From Raja brachyura (taxonomy: Eukaryota): a DNA stretch of 64,000 bases. Location: positions 51,646,001 through 51,710,000 of the forward strand of contig OY740798.1 in assembly GCA_963514005.1 (NCBI GenBank), given 5' to 3'. Of the stretch, positions 1 through 11,718 are shown in pieces. How positions within the stretch are numbered: the first letter of the stretch is position 1; each line of letters starts with the position of its first letter. The notes under the pieces were generated by a model. It had not been told where the DNA came from. It saw nothing but the letters and a program-made list of their open reading frames with translations, and searched no databases. The translations under genes and the position numbers were made by a program.

Positions 1-112
1 TCTGTGTAAATTGGGAGAAAACCCACGCGGTCACAGGGAGAACGTATAAACTCCGTACAGACAGCACCCAAGGTCAGGATTGAACCCGGTGTCTGGTGGT
101 GTGAAGTAGCAG
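1..112 (-). mobile_element. tRNA-derived SINE fragment (V-SINE/HE1-like)
   Basis: 'aaacccacgcggtcacagggagaacgt..aaactcc.tacagacagcaccc..ggtcaggattgaacccgg' recurs at about 23410-23520 and in every array unit; it contains the reverse complement of a tRNA B-box-like GGTTCAA. Confidence 0.55.
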
Positions 113-114
113 TT

Positions 115-1985
115 TTGGCGCCAACTCTCGGACACCTCCTCCTATTTCCCCTGGACCATGGCCCCAGCTATGAGCACCAGGCCACTATCTCTAGCACCAT
201 CACTGACTTCATCAACTCCCACTCCCTGCCCCCCCCCCAGAGCCTCCAACCTCATCGTTCCCCAGCCCCGTACGGCCCGATTTTACCTTCTCCCCAAAAT
301 CCACAAACCTGATTGTCCTGGTAGACCCATTGTCTCTGCCTGTTCGTGCCCCAGCGAACACATTTCCACATACCTTGACTCCATCCTATCCACCGTGGTT
401 AAAACCCTCCAGACACCTCAGCCACTCTCCGTCGGCTCTACGCATTCTATTCTCTAGGCCCCCATCCCCTCATCTTCACCATGGATGTACAGTCACTCTA
501 CACCTCCATCCCCCACCAGGAGGGTCTCAAAGCCCTCCGGTTCTTCCTCGACCGGAGAACAAACCAATCCCCGTCCACTGATATTCTCCTCCGCTGGTCC
601 TTACCCTTGATAACTTTTCGTTTGACTCCTCCCATTTCCTCCAAACACAAGGCGTAGCTATGGGCACTGCATGGGCCCCAGCTACGCTTGCCTCTTTGTC
701 GAGTACGTCGAACAATCCTTGTTCGAGATGTACCAGGGGCCCATCCCTGACCTCTACCTCCGCTACATCGACGACTGCTTTGGTGCTACCTCCAGCACCC
801 ACACACAACTCACTAACTTCATCAACTTCACCACTAACTTCCATCCGGCACTCAAATACACCTGGACTATTTCCGACACTTCCCTACAATTTCTTGACCT
901 CACTATCTCCATCGCAGGTGATAGACTTTTGACCGACATCCACTATAAACCCATTGACTCCCACGGCTATCTAGACTACATTTCCTCCCACCCTGCTTCC
1001 TGTAAGGACTCCATCCCCTACTCCCAATTCCTCTGTCAACGCCGCATCTGCTCCCAGGATGAGGTGTTCCACACCAGGGCATCGGAAATATCCTCATTCT
1101 TCAGAGAACGGGTGTTCCCCATCCCTACTATAGATGATGCTCTCACCAGGGTCTCTTCCATACCCCGTAACACTGCTCTCTCTCCCCATACCCCCACTCG
1201 GAACAAGGGCAGAGTCCCCCTAGTCCTCATCTTCCACCCCACTAGCCGTCACATACAACAAAAAGTCATTTTTGCCACATCCAACGTGACCACTCGCCAC
1301 ATCTTCCCATCTCCCCCTCTGTCTTCTTTCCGCAAAGACCGCTCCCTCCGTAACTCCCTGGTCAATTCTTCCCTTCCCTCCCGCACCACCCCCTCCCCGG
1401 GCACTTGCCCTTGCAACCGCAAGAGATGTTACAACTGTCGCTTTACCACCCCCCTCGACTCCATTCAAGGACCCAAGCAGTCGTTCCAGGTCCGATAGAG
1501 GTTCACCTGCACCTCCTCCAACCTCATCTATTGCATCCGCTGCTCTAGATGCCAGCTGATCTACATCAGTGAGAACAGCGCAGGCTTGGTGATCGTTCTG
1601 CCAAACATCTCCGCATCAACCAACCTGATCTCCCTGTGGCTCGGCACTTCAACTCCCCCTCCCATTCCAAATCTGACCTTTCTGTCCTGGGCCTCCTCCA
1701 TGGCCAGAGTGAGCACCACCGCAATTTGGAGAAGCAGCACCTCATATTCCGCTTGCACCAATGGCATGAACATTGAATTCTCCAATTTCCGGTCGCCCTT
1801 GCTGTCTCCTCCCCTTCTTAGTTCTCCCTCAGCCCTCAGGCTCCTCCTCTTCCTTTCTTCTTCCCGCCCCCCCCCCCCCCCCCATCAGTTTGAAGAAGGG
1901 TTTGGGCCCGAAACTTTGCCTTTTCCCTTCGCTCCATAGATGCTGCCGCACCCGCTGAGTTTTTCCAGCACTTTTGTCTACCAAT
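115..1985 (+). mobile_element. Degenerate Penelope-like retroelement (RT + GIY-YIG endonuclease, 3' terminal repeat)
   Basis: Frameshifted ORFs with [18 protein letters not shown]...PSYACLFV, YLRYIDD and YKPIDSHGYLDY.SSHP; a NLIYCIRCSRCQLIYI (GIY-YIG-like) segment at about 1520-1570; the 3' tail has a hammerhead-like motif. Confidence 0.85.
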
Positions 1986-2171
1986 GAACTGCAGATGCTG
2001 GTTTACACTGAAGATAGACACAAAATGCTGGAGTTACTCAGCGGGTCTGGCAGCATCTCTGGAGAAAAGGAATAGGCGACGTTTTGGGTCAAGACCCTTC
2101 TTCAGACCCTTGTATCTTCAGAAAGACCATTTAGATTGCCAAGTTCTAATTACCTGCTTTGTTTTGACTAG

Positions 2172-2603
2172 TTCCTCCAGAGATCAATGGACCCAATGGA
2201 CGTCAAACCATGAAACATCAGGAAAAAGAAAAGGCCACTTGGTGGGTGCGTTCATTCCGACCTCGTGAAATTACAATTCACTTATACCTAAAGAGGAAGG
2301 GGGATCAGGTGAGAAATAAAATTTTAAATTGGAACAGCAAAGAGTATATTCCACACAGAAATGGAATGATCAATGGAGAGGGTCGCAATGAAGCGAAGAT
2401 TCTTATGAATTCAAACTGCGTCGATGCATCTTTTACACCATTGGATCACGAATATAACAGTAATGCAGATGGGACTTACAGTGTGACGATCAATGTAGAA
2501 ATATATCCAGATGTTAACAAGGATGCAGGGGCTGAATTAACCATTGAAGTTCAACATAAATCACTGAAACAAACAAAGACTTTGATACTGGATGTAAAAG
2601 GAG
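2172..2603 (+). CDS. Ig-like exon 1 (C1-set-like, both canonical cysteines replaced) of a multi-Ig-domain gene
   Basis: AG acceptor 2170-2171 and GT donor 2604 (G|GTAAAG). Open 432-nt phase 1-1 exon: xPPEING...WVRSFRPREITIHL...NADGTYSVTINVEIYPDVNKDAGAELTIEVQHKSLKQTKTLILDVKG. The FxPxxI, DGTYS and VxHxSL C1 motifs are present. Confidence 0.8.
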
Positions 2604-2671
2604 GTAAAGTATAAATGTTTTCTTTAATCATTAATGTCTATATATTGTGATTTAATTCTCAATGTCTTCAG

Positions 2672-5600
2672 TCATAGTGATACAGCGTAGAAACAGGCCC
2701 TTCAGCCCAACTTGCCCAAGCCGACCAACATGTCAGTCAGTCTGGACACTTCACCCCATCTGCCCGCGTTTGGTCCATATCCCTCTAAACCTGTTCTATT
2801 CATCTACCTGTCAAAATATTTATTTAAAATTGTGATAGTACCTACCTCAACTACCTCGTCTGGCAGCTTGTTCCACACACTCACCACCTTTGTATGAAAA
2901 GGTTACCCCTCAGATTCCGATAAAATCTACCCACCTTCCTCATCTTAAATCTATGTCCTCTGGTCCTCGATTCACCTACTCAGGGTAAAAGACTCTGTGC
3001 ATCTACTCGATCTAGTCCTCTGATAATCTTCTACACCTCTATTTGATCACTCCTCATCGTCCTGTGCTCCAAGGAATAGAGTCCTAGCCTGCTCAACCTC
3101 TCCCTATAGCTCAGACCCTCAGTTCCTGGCAAGATCCTCGTAAATCTTCTCTGCACTCTTTCCAGCTTGACAGCTGTGGCTAAGGGGATCAGGGGGTATG
3201 GAGAGAAGGCAGGTACAGGATACTGAGTTGGATGATCAGCCATGATCATATTGAATTCCTGCCTTCTCTCCATACCCCCTGATCCCTTTAGCCGCAAGGC
3301 CACATCTAACTCCCTCTTAAATATAGCCAATGAACTGGCCTCAACTACCTTCTGTGGCAGAGAATTCCAGAGATTCACCACTCTCTGTGTGAAAAATGTT
3401 TTCCTCATCTCAGTCCTAAAAGATTTCCCCCTTATCCTTAAACTGTAACCCCTTGTCCTGGAGTTCCTCAACATCGGGAACAATCTTCCTGCATGTAGCT
3501 TGTCCAACCCCTTAAGAATTTTGTAAATTTCTAGAAGATTCCCCCTCAATCTTATAAATTCCAGCAAGTACAAGCCGTGTCTATCCAGTGTTTCTTCATA
3601 TGAAAGTCCTGACATCCCAGGAATCAGTCTGGTGAATCTTCTCTGTACTCCCTCTATGTCAAGAATGTCTTTCCTCAGATTTGGATCAATCTCGTGAACC
3701 TACGCTGCTCTGCCTCAATCACAAGGATGTCCTTCCTCAAATTAGGAAACCAAAACTGTACACAATACTCCAGATGTGGTCTCACCAGAGCCCTATACAA
3801 CTGCAGAAGAACCTCTTTACTCCTCTACTGAAATCCCCTTGTTATGAAGGCCAACATTCCATTAGCTTTCTTCACTGCCTGCTGTACCTGCACGCCAACT
3901 TTCAGTGACCGGTGTACAAGGACACCCAAGTCTGGCTGCACCACCCGCTTAACTAACCTAACCCCATTGATATAATAATCTGCCCCCTTGTTTTTGCTGC
4001 CAAAGTGAATAACCTCACATTTATCTATATTATACTGCATCTGCCACGCATCTGCCCACTCACTCAACCTGTCCAGGTCACCCTGCAACCTCCTAACATC
4101 CTCTTCACAGCTCACACTGCCACCCAGCATTGTGTCATTCGCAAATGTGCTAGTGTTGCTCCTAATTCCCTCTTCCAAATCATTAATATATATGGTAAAC
4201 AGTTGCGGCCCCAACACCGAGCCTTGCGGCACTCCACTCGCCACTGCCTGCCATTCTGATCCGGTCTGCCAACCAATTTTCTATCCATGTCAACGCCCTA
4301 CCCCCAATACCATGTGCTCTAATTTTAGTCACCAGTCTCCCGTGCAGGACCTTATCAAAGGCTTTCTGAAAGTCTAGATACACTACATCCACTGGCACCG
4401 CTTCATCCATTTTACATGTCACATCCTCAAAAAATTCCAGAAGATTAGTCAAGCATGATTTCCCTTTCATAAATCCATGTTGACTTGGACTAATCCTTTT
4501 ACTGCTATCCAAATGCCCCGTTATTACCTCTTTAATAATTGACTCCAGCATCTTTCCCACTACCGAAGTCAGGCTAACTGGTCTGTAATTCCCCGTTTTC
4601 TCTCTCGCTCCTTTCTTGAAAAGTGGCGTAACATTAGCTATCCTCCAATCCACAGGAACTGATCCTAAATCTATTGAACATTGGAAAATGATCACCAATG
4701 CGTCCACTATTTCTAGAGCCACCTTCCTGAGGACCCTGGGATGCAGACCAACAGGCCCAGGGGATTTATCATCCTTCAGTCCCATTAGCCTACCCAATAC
4801 TATTTCTCGCCTAATGACAATTTCTTTCAGTTCCTCTACCCCCTTAGATCTTCTGTCCTCCAGTACATCTGGGAGATTGTTTGTGTCCTCCTTAGTGAAG
4901 ACAGATCCGAAGTACCTATTCAACTCTTCTGCCATTTCCTTGTTGCCCATAATAATTTCACCCGTGTCTGCCTTCAAGGGACCCACATTTGACTTTGCTA
5001 CTCTTTTTCCCTTAACATATCTCAAGAAGCTTTTACTGTCCTTCTTTATATTCCTGGCCAGCTTCCCTTCATATTTCATCTTTTCAGCCCGTATTGCCTG
5101 TTTTGTTTCCTTCTGTTGTCCTATGAAAGTTTCCCAATCCTCTGCCTTCCGGCTACTCTTTGCTGTGTTATACATCTTTTCTTTTAGTTTTATTCTATCC
5201 CTAACCTCTCTTGTAAGCCACGGTTGCCTCCTACTCCCCTTAGAATCTTTCTTCCTTTTTGGAATGAAATGATCCTGCGTCTTCCGGATTATGCCCAGAA
5301 ATTCCTGCCATTGCTGTTCCACCGTCATTCCTGCTAGGATCCCTTTCCAGTCTACTTTGGTCAGCTCCCCTCTCATGCCTTCATAGTCCCCTTTGTTCAA
5401 CTGCATCACTGACACTTCCGATTCAACCTTCTCCTTCTCAAATTGCAGATTAAAACTAATCATATTATGATCTCTGCCTCCAAGCGGTTCCTTTACCTCG
5501 AGTTCTCTTATCATATCTGGTGCATAGGACAACACTACAAGCTGCTCTAAGAATCCATTACGGAGGCATTCTACAAACTCTCTTTCTTGGGGCCCTGAAC

Positions 5601-5895
5601 CAACCTGATTTTCCCAGTCTACCTGCATATTGAAATCCCCCATCACCACAGTGACATTACCTTTGTTACATGCCAGTTTTAACTCCTGCTGCAACGTACA
5701 CCCGACATCCGGGCTACTATTTTGGGGTCTGTAGATAACACCAATTAGTGTCTTCTTGCCGTTACAATTTCTCAACTCAATCCACAGTGACTCTACCTCG
5801 TCAGTCCCCATGTCTTCCCTCGCAAGGGACTGGATTCCATCCCTCACCAGCAGAGCTACCCCCCCCCCCCCCCCCCCCCCCACTCCTCTGCCCAC
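2672..5895 (-). mobile_element. Nested/fragmented CR1-type LINEs (APE endonuclease + RT)
   Basis: ORF 4183-5895 has GDFN, DHNMI, KSPGPVG, NYRPVSLTS, QHGF and YLDFQKAFDKV; 3825-4244 has GVPQGSVLGP; 3' fragments have LEFxRLRG and FFTQRVVNLWNSLP. Internal deletions and frameshifts. Confidence 0.92.
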
Positions 5896-6019
5896 CTTAT
5901 CTTGACCTTTAGGAGATTCATCAGTTGACTCAAGTCACGGAATATTCACACAGTAATGTAATATTTTCTTGCTTTTGTGAATTTCAACTAGGTGATTTGT
6001 TTGTTTTCTTTTCTCAAAG

Positions 6020-6397
6020 TGCCACCCAAGGTTTTAAACATCTTCAAACCCTCTTGCATCATTCACAATGAATCTGCATCTTTGATCTGTTCAATCACTG
6101 GGTTTAAACCGAGACCGTTACGTATCACGTGGCAACGAAAGAGAAAGAACATGGAGGCGGAAGAAATAGTTCGAATGGAGGAGGACAACAGGACAATTAT
6201 TCCCGGTGGTGACGGGGAGATGTCCAAATATAAACATTACATCAGTGAGATGAAGCATGATGATGAATCCTACAGCATCACCAGTGTACTCGTGATAGTG
6301 CCTGATATACAGCAAGATCAACACTCGCTTTACACGTGTAAAGTACATCACAGCGGCACCGGTGACCAGGAGAGAGAAATCGAGTTAATGATTGCAG
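6020..6397 (+). CDS. Ig C1-set exon 2
   Basis: Polypyrimidine tract + AAG acceptor (6018-6019); GCAG|GTATAT donor. Open 378-nt phase 1-1 exon: VPPKV...LICSITGFKPRPLRITW...SYSITSVLVIVP...YTCKVHH, with canonical C, W and C and a long C-D insertion. Confidence 0.9.
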
Positions 6398-6499
6398 GTA
6401 TATAATACTTCCATCTAAGCTTTGCATTGACAGAGGATGCAGAGTGCCTACTTATTTGGAACGGTGTCTTAAATATCATACCACAACCATTAATGTACG

Positions 6500-6915
6500 C
6501 AGTGCGTTTGAAGGCTCTGGGTCTGTACTCGCTGGAGTTTAGAAGGACGAGGGGGGGATCTCATTGAACCTACTGAATAATGAAAGGCCTGGATAGAGTG
6601 GATGTAGAAAAGATGTTTCCACTAATGTGAGACTCCAGGACCAGGCTCAGAGTAAAAGGATGTACCTTTACAATGGAGATGAGGAGTTTCTTTAGTCAGA
6701 GGTTGGTGACTCGGTGGAGTTCATTGCTACAGGCAGCTGTGGAAGCCAAGTCATTGGGTTTTTCAAAGCGGAGATTTATAGGTTCTTGATTAGTAAGAAT
6801 GTCAAAGGTTAAGTGGAGAAGGCAGGAGAATGGGGTTGAGAGGGAAAAATAGATCTACCATGATTGAATGGCGGAATTGAGTCAATGGACCGAATGGCCT
6901 AATTCTACACTGCCT
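6500..6915 (+). mobile_element. CR1 3' fragment
   Basis: LGLYSLEFRR..G.L-like remnant and the 3' UTR 'gaatggcctaattct' shared with other CR1 copies in the window. Confidence 0.7.
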
Positions 6916-7288
6916 TTTACAAGGGGAATGATTTTGAATGGTTTTGAAAAAAACACAATAATAGGATACAATTGTATTGGGGTTAATGAAGTCATTCATT
7001 TTTCAAAAATTATATGTGTCTTTTGCATAGTTTTCAAAAACATGGGTGATTGCGTTTCTGGCCATTGATCACGGAAAGGCCAAACATCTATTCCTTAGTT
7101 TTGCAAAACTGCTTGTGTTTGAATATAGAAACAAGGAACTGCAGATGCTGGTTTATACCAAAGATAGACACAATGTGCTGGAGTAACTCAGCGGGTCAGG
7201 CAGCATCTCTGGAGAAAAGGATGGGTGACGTTTTGGGTCGGGGCCCTGCTATCTTGACTTGTGTTTGAAGTCTTGTTTTTTATTTCAG

Positions 7289-7588
7289 CCATTCCAAAAG
7301 TGGACTTAATAAAGTGCTGCGCAGAGAAGATAATTGATGGTGTACCCATGACGATGAGCTGTGAAATACATGCGTTTTACCCCAGAGACATCACAGTGAA
7401 ATGGCTGAAAAATGAAGAGACGTTGCAGAATTTCAAAGTTGCTGAGCCAGTAATTGGTCAGGATAGTCTCTATCATGTGACAAGTGATGTGGAGATAGTC
7501 CCCACCAGGGCTGGGGCAACAGACAAATACACGTGCCACGTGTCCCATCTGAGCCTGACTGAGCCATTACACACTTCTTGTGTTGCAG
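7289..7588 (+). CDS. Ig C1-set exon 3
   Basis: TTTTTATTTCAG acceptor; GCAG|GTGAAA donor. Open 300-nt phase 1-1 exon: AIPKV...MSCEIHAFYPRDITVKWLKN...LYHVTSDVEIVP...YTCHVSHLSLTEP, a textbook C1 signature (YxCxVxH). Confidence 0.93.
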
Positions 7589-7667
7589 GTGAAATGGGTA
7601 CGTAACAACGTTTACGCCAAGACTGCTTTCATCTGAACTTCTTAAACAGTCTTCAGTTGGTAATTCA

Positions 7668-8435
7668 TTATGGATAGAGTGAAAGTGGAGAGGATGTTTC
7701 CACTAGTGGGAAAGTCGAGGACCAGTGGCCACAGCCTAAGAATAAAAGCACATACCTTTAGGAAGGAGATGAGGAGGAATTTCTTTAGTCAGAGGGTGGT
7801 GAATCTGTGGAATTCATTGCCACCGATGGTCGTGAAGGTCAATTCAATGGATATTTTTAAAGCGGAGATTGGCAGATTCTTCATTAGTAAGGATGGTGGA
7901 TTAGTACGGGTGTCAGGGGTTATGGGGAGAAGGCAGCAGAAATGGGTTGAGAGGGAAAGATAGATCAACTATGATTGTATGGCAAAGTAGACTTGATGGG
8001 CCAAATGGCCTAATTGTGCTCCTATAACTTATGAACGTATGAATTATCTAATGATATAGAACGTAGAACAGTACGGCACAACCACTCGACCCACAATGTC
8101 TGACCAACACTCATCTGCCTGCACATAATCCATATCCCTCCATATCCATGTGCCTATCCAACAGTCTATTAAATGCCACTATCCTTTCTGCCTCGACCAC
8201 CATCCCTGATAACACGTTCCAGACACTCACCCCCTTCTATATTAAAAAAATGGACCCACACATCTTCTTTAAAATTTGCCTCTCTCACCTTAAAACTATG
8301 GCCTCTAGTATTTGATTTTTCTATCCTTTTTTTTCCAGACAGAGGCTCTGACTGGCTACCCTATCCAGGCCTCTCCTGATATAATGTACCTCCATCAGGT
8401 CTCCCCACAATCACTGCCATTCCCGAGAAAACCAC
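7668..8435. mobile_element. Two CR1 3' fragments (plus 7668-8040, minus about 8055-8435)
   Basis: ORF 7670-7963 reads RMFPLVGKSRTSGHSLRIK...FFSQRVVNLWNSLP; a reverse-oriented CR1 3' remnant follows. Confidence 0.7.
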
Positions 8436-8587
8436 TACATTTATCTACTGTATTATTTTTATTCACAGTCTTTGAAAAGTGAAGCACAAAGTGCTTGAGT
8501 AACCCAACGGGTCACACAGCATCTGTGGAGGGAATGGACAGGGCACTTTGTGGGTCAGAAGCCTTCTTCAGACAGATTAATCTGTAA

Positions 8588-8683
8588 TGTGTGCGTGTGG
8601 CTGTGTGTGTGTGGCATTGTGCGTGTGTGTGGCATTGTGCGTGTGTGTGTGGCTATCTGTGTGTGGCTGTGTGTGTGTGTGCG

Positions 8684-8733
<50 letters not shown>
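8588..8733. repeat. (GT)n microsatellite, imperfect at its 5' end
   Basis: Directly visible GT dinucleotide run. Confidence 0.95.
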
Positions 8734-8734
<1 letters not shown>

Positions 8735-8855
8735 ACCCCTGGTATTCAGAGTGAAATCTCAAATATTATTAATATTGATGTTTGTTGTTTTGTTTATTAT
8801 GTTACTTATTGAGTACTGGGTTTACGGACCTGTTATGCTGCTGCACAAACAGTAA

Positions 8856-9653
8856 AGGGGCTGTCCCACTGCAGCGACCTAATCCGCGAGTTAAGAAGAG
8901 TGCCTTCGACCTTCAAGCTCGAGGGCACTCGTCTGGGAAACCTCGAGCTGGATCGACCGCCAGCGATGAAACCTCGNNNNNNNNNNNNNNNNNNNNNNNN
9001 NNNNNNNNNNNNNNNNNNNNNNNNNNNNNNNNNNNNNNNNNNNNNNNNNNNNNNNNNNNNNNNNNNNNNNNNNNNNNNNNNNNNNNNNNNNNNNNNNNNN
9101 NNNNNNNNNNNNNNNNNNNNNNNNNNNNNNNNNNNNNNNNNNNTCTGAAATTCACACCTGCGATGAAGAGGCAGGTAAAAGACGGCTGCACAGTGTACGG
9201 TAAGTCCTTTAGATAGCACGGGGGGGGGGGGGGGGGGAGAAGACGAGAGAAGGAGTGGAGACACTTTAAAGAATTATAATAAAGTTTAGCGGGCATTTAA
9301 CCTACCGGTTAGTTTTCCCTGGTCCTGAAAACTCCAATGAGCCAATCAAAATGCTCGGTCAGTGAAGGGCTGCCCTCAACTGCCTATAACAAAATAGCAA
9401 GCCCACTCCACTGCACTACGAGTTAAGAACCATGCCGAACAAATTTTACTCGCGGAACATTTTTCAACATGCTGAAAAGTTTCCGCGGCCTACCTGGGCC
9501 CGCGAGTATTCGGGAACTTCCCTCGAGCATGAAGGAGAGTTCCAGTGAACTCATAGGACCTCCTAGGACCATGTGTTGACCATGCTGCGTATTTGAGTTG
9601 AGGGCAAACTCGTCTAAACTCGCAGATTAGGTCGCCGCAGTGGGACAGCCCCT
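8856..9653. mobile_element. Non-autonomous PIF/Harbinger-like DNA transposon (MITE) spanning an assembly gap
   Basis: TIR AGGGGCTGTCCCACTGC(A/G)GCGACCTAATC(C/T)GCGAGTT at both ends; TAA flanks at 8853-8855 and 9654-9656 (3-bp TAA TSD is typical of Harbinger). Confidence 0.8.
8977..9143. other. Assembly gap (167 N)
   Basis: Run of N. Confidence 1.
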
Positions 9654-9714
9654 TAAGTCTTTCCATTTTGGTACATATGACAATCACTCTCTTGACTCTT
9701 GAAAAGCCATTCCA

Positions 9715-11415
9715 TGAGATAGAGTCATAGAGTGATACAGCTTGGAAGCAGGCTCTTTGGCCCAACTTGCCCACACTGACCAACATGTCCCAGCTACACT
9801 GGTCCCGCTAGTCTGCGTATGGTCCATATCCCTCTTAACCTGTCCCATCCATGTACTTGTACAATTATTTCTTAAACGTTGCAATAGTACCTACCACAAC
9901 TAGCTCCTCTGGCAGCCACCACCCTTTGTGTGAAAAGGTTACCCCTCAGATTCCTATTAAATCATTTCCCCTTCATCTTAAACCTATGTCCTCTGGTCCT
10001 CGATTCCCATACTCTGGGCAAGAGACTCTGTGCATCTACCCGATTTATTCCTCTCTTGATTTTATACTTATCGATAAGATCTCCCCTCATCCTCCTGCAC
10101 TCCAAGGAATAAAGTCCCAGCCTGCTCAATATCTCCCTATAGCTCAGACCCTCTAGTTGTGGCAACATCCTCGTAAATCTTCTCTGTACCCTTTCCAACT
10201 TGCCAACATTTTTCCTGTAACATGGTGCCCAGAACAGAACACAATACTCTAATTGTGGCCTCACCAACGTATACAACTGCAACATGTCCTACCAACTTCT
10301 ATATTCAATACTGACTAATGAAGGCCAATCTGTCAAAAGCCTTTTTGACCACACAATCTACCTGTGACTCCATCTTCAAGTATCCATGCACCTGAACTCC
10401 TAGATCACTCTGCTCTACAACACTCCTCAGAGTCCGACCATTCACTGTGTTGGTCCTGCCCGCGTTATACTTCCCAAAATGCAACAACACATTTCTCCAT
10501 CAACCATTCCTCAGCCCACCTGGCCAATCGATCAAGAACCTGCTGCAAAACCACCAACTTTTGTATCATCTGCAAACTTGCTGATCTTGCTATGTGTTCT
10601 CCTCTAAATCATTGATATAGATGACAAACAGCAACAGGCCCAGCATCTGCACTCCAAGGAATAGAGTCCCAGCCTAATCAACCTCTCCCTATAGCTCACA
10701 CCCTCTAGTCCTGGCAACATCCTCACAAATCTCTCTGAATCCTTTCAAGCTTGATAATATCTTTCCTATAACATGGTGCCCAGAACTGAACACCATCCTC
10801 AAAATGCGGCCTCACCAACTGCACGACTGCACGGCTATATTTAAGAGGGCGTTAGATGTGGCACTTGTGGCTAAAGGGATCAGGGGGTATGGAGAGAAGG
10901 CAGGTACGGGATACTGAGTTGGATGATCAGCCATGATCACATTGAATGGCGGTGCAGGCTCGAAGGGCCGAATGGCCTACTCCTGCACCTATTTTCTATG
11001 TTTCTATGTTTACAACTTACTCAACACTTAGACTGATGAAGGCCAATGGGCCAATGACATTTTTGACCAACTGATCTACCTGCGTTTTGTAGTAACCATA
11101 TAATAACCATATAACAATTACAGCACGGAAACAGGCCTTCTCGGCCTTCCAGTCCGTGCCGACCATTTATTTTCCCCTAGTCCCATCTACCTGCACTCAG
11201 ACCATACCCCACCATTCCCTTCCCGTCCATATACCTATCCACTTTACTTTTAAGTATTAAAATCGATCCTGCCTCCACCACTTCTACAGGAAGATCATTC
11301 CACACATTCCAGATCATTCCTCTCTCTATTTTGTTGACATCCTTCCTATAATTAGGCGACCAAAATTGAACACCATACTCCAGAATTGGTCTCACCAATC
11401 ACTTGTACAATTTTG
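9715..11415. mobile_element. Cluster of 5'-truncated CR1 fragments (mostly minus; one plus 3' end at about 10835-11010)
   Basis: LVRPQLEYCVLFWAP, LERVQRRFTRML and LGLYSLECRRMRGDLI ORF fragments; 8-bp tandem tails (CTATGTTT)n and (CCATATAA)n. Confidence 0.85.
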
Positions 11416-11718
11416 GTACAAAACAGATAGATGGTTCCTCAGAACTTTCAATCTTTCATCCCTTGTTTTCTTAATTTTTTGTTAATATTTCTCTGAATTC
11501 TAGTGTTCTTTAAATTACACGTTCAGATTAACCTTTTTTTCCCCTTTTCTCCAGCTTCATGTCCAGAGCTTACAGCAATTGAGGTCGATCCACTTTGCCC
11601 CGAAATGGGAAAGGAAGTAACACTCTCCTGCAAAGCTTACGGGTTCTATCCTGAAGGAAATTCAATATTCTGGTTCAAAGGAATACAACAAATCGTAGGT
11701 CTATTGGAACCAGGAATT

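Noticed and set aside
4616-5272. 218-aa plus-strand ORF and similar antisense ORFs over CR1 and DIRS
   Set aside because: Antisense shadows of TE coding regions.
8550-9296. ORFs across the GT repeat and N gap
   Set aside because: Artefacts of the microsatellite and Ns.
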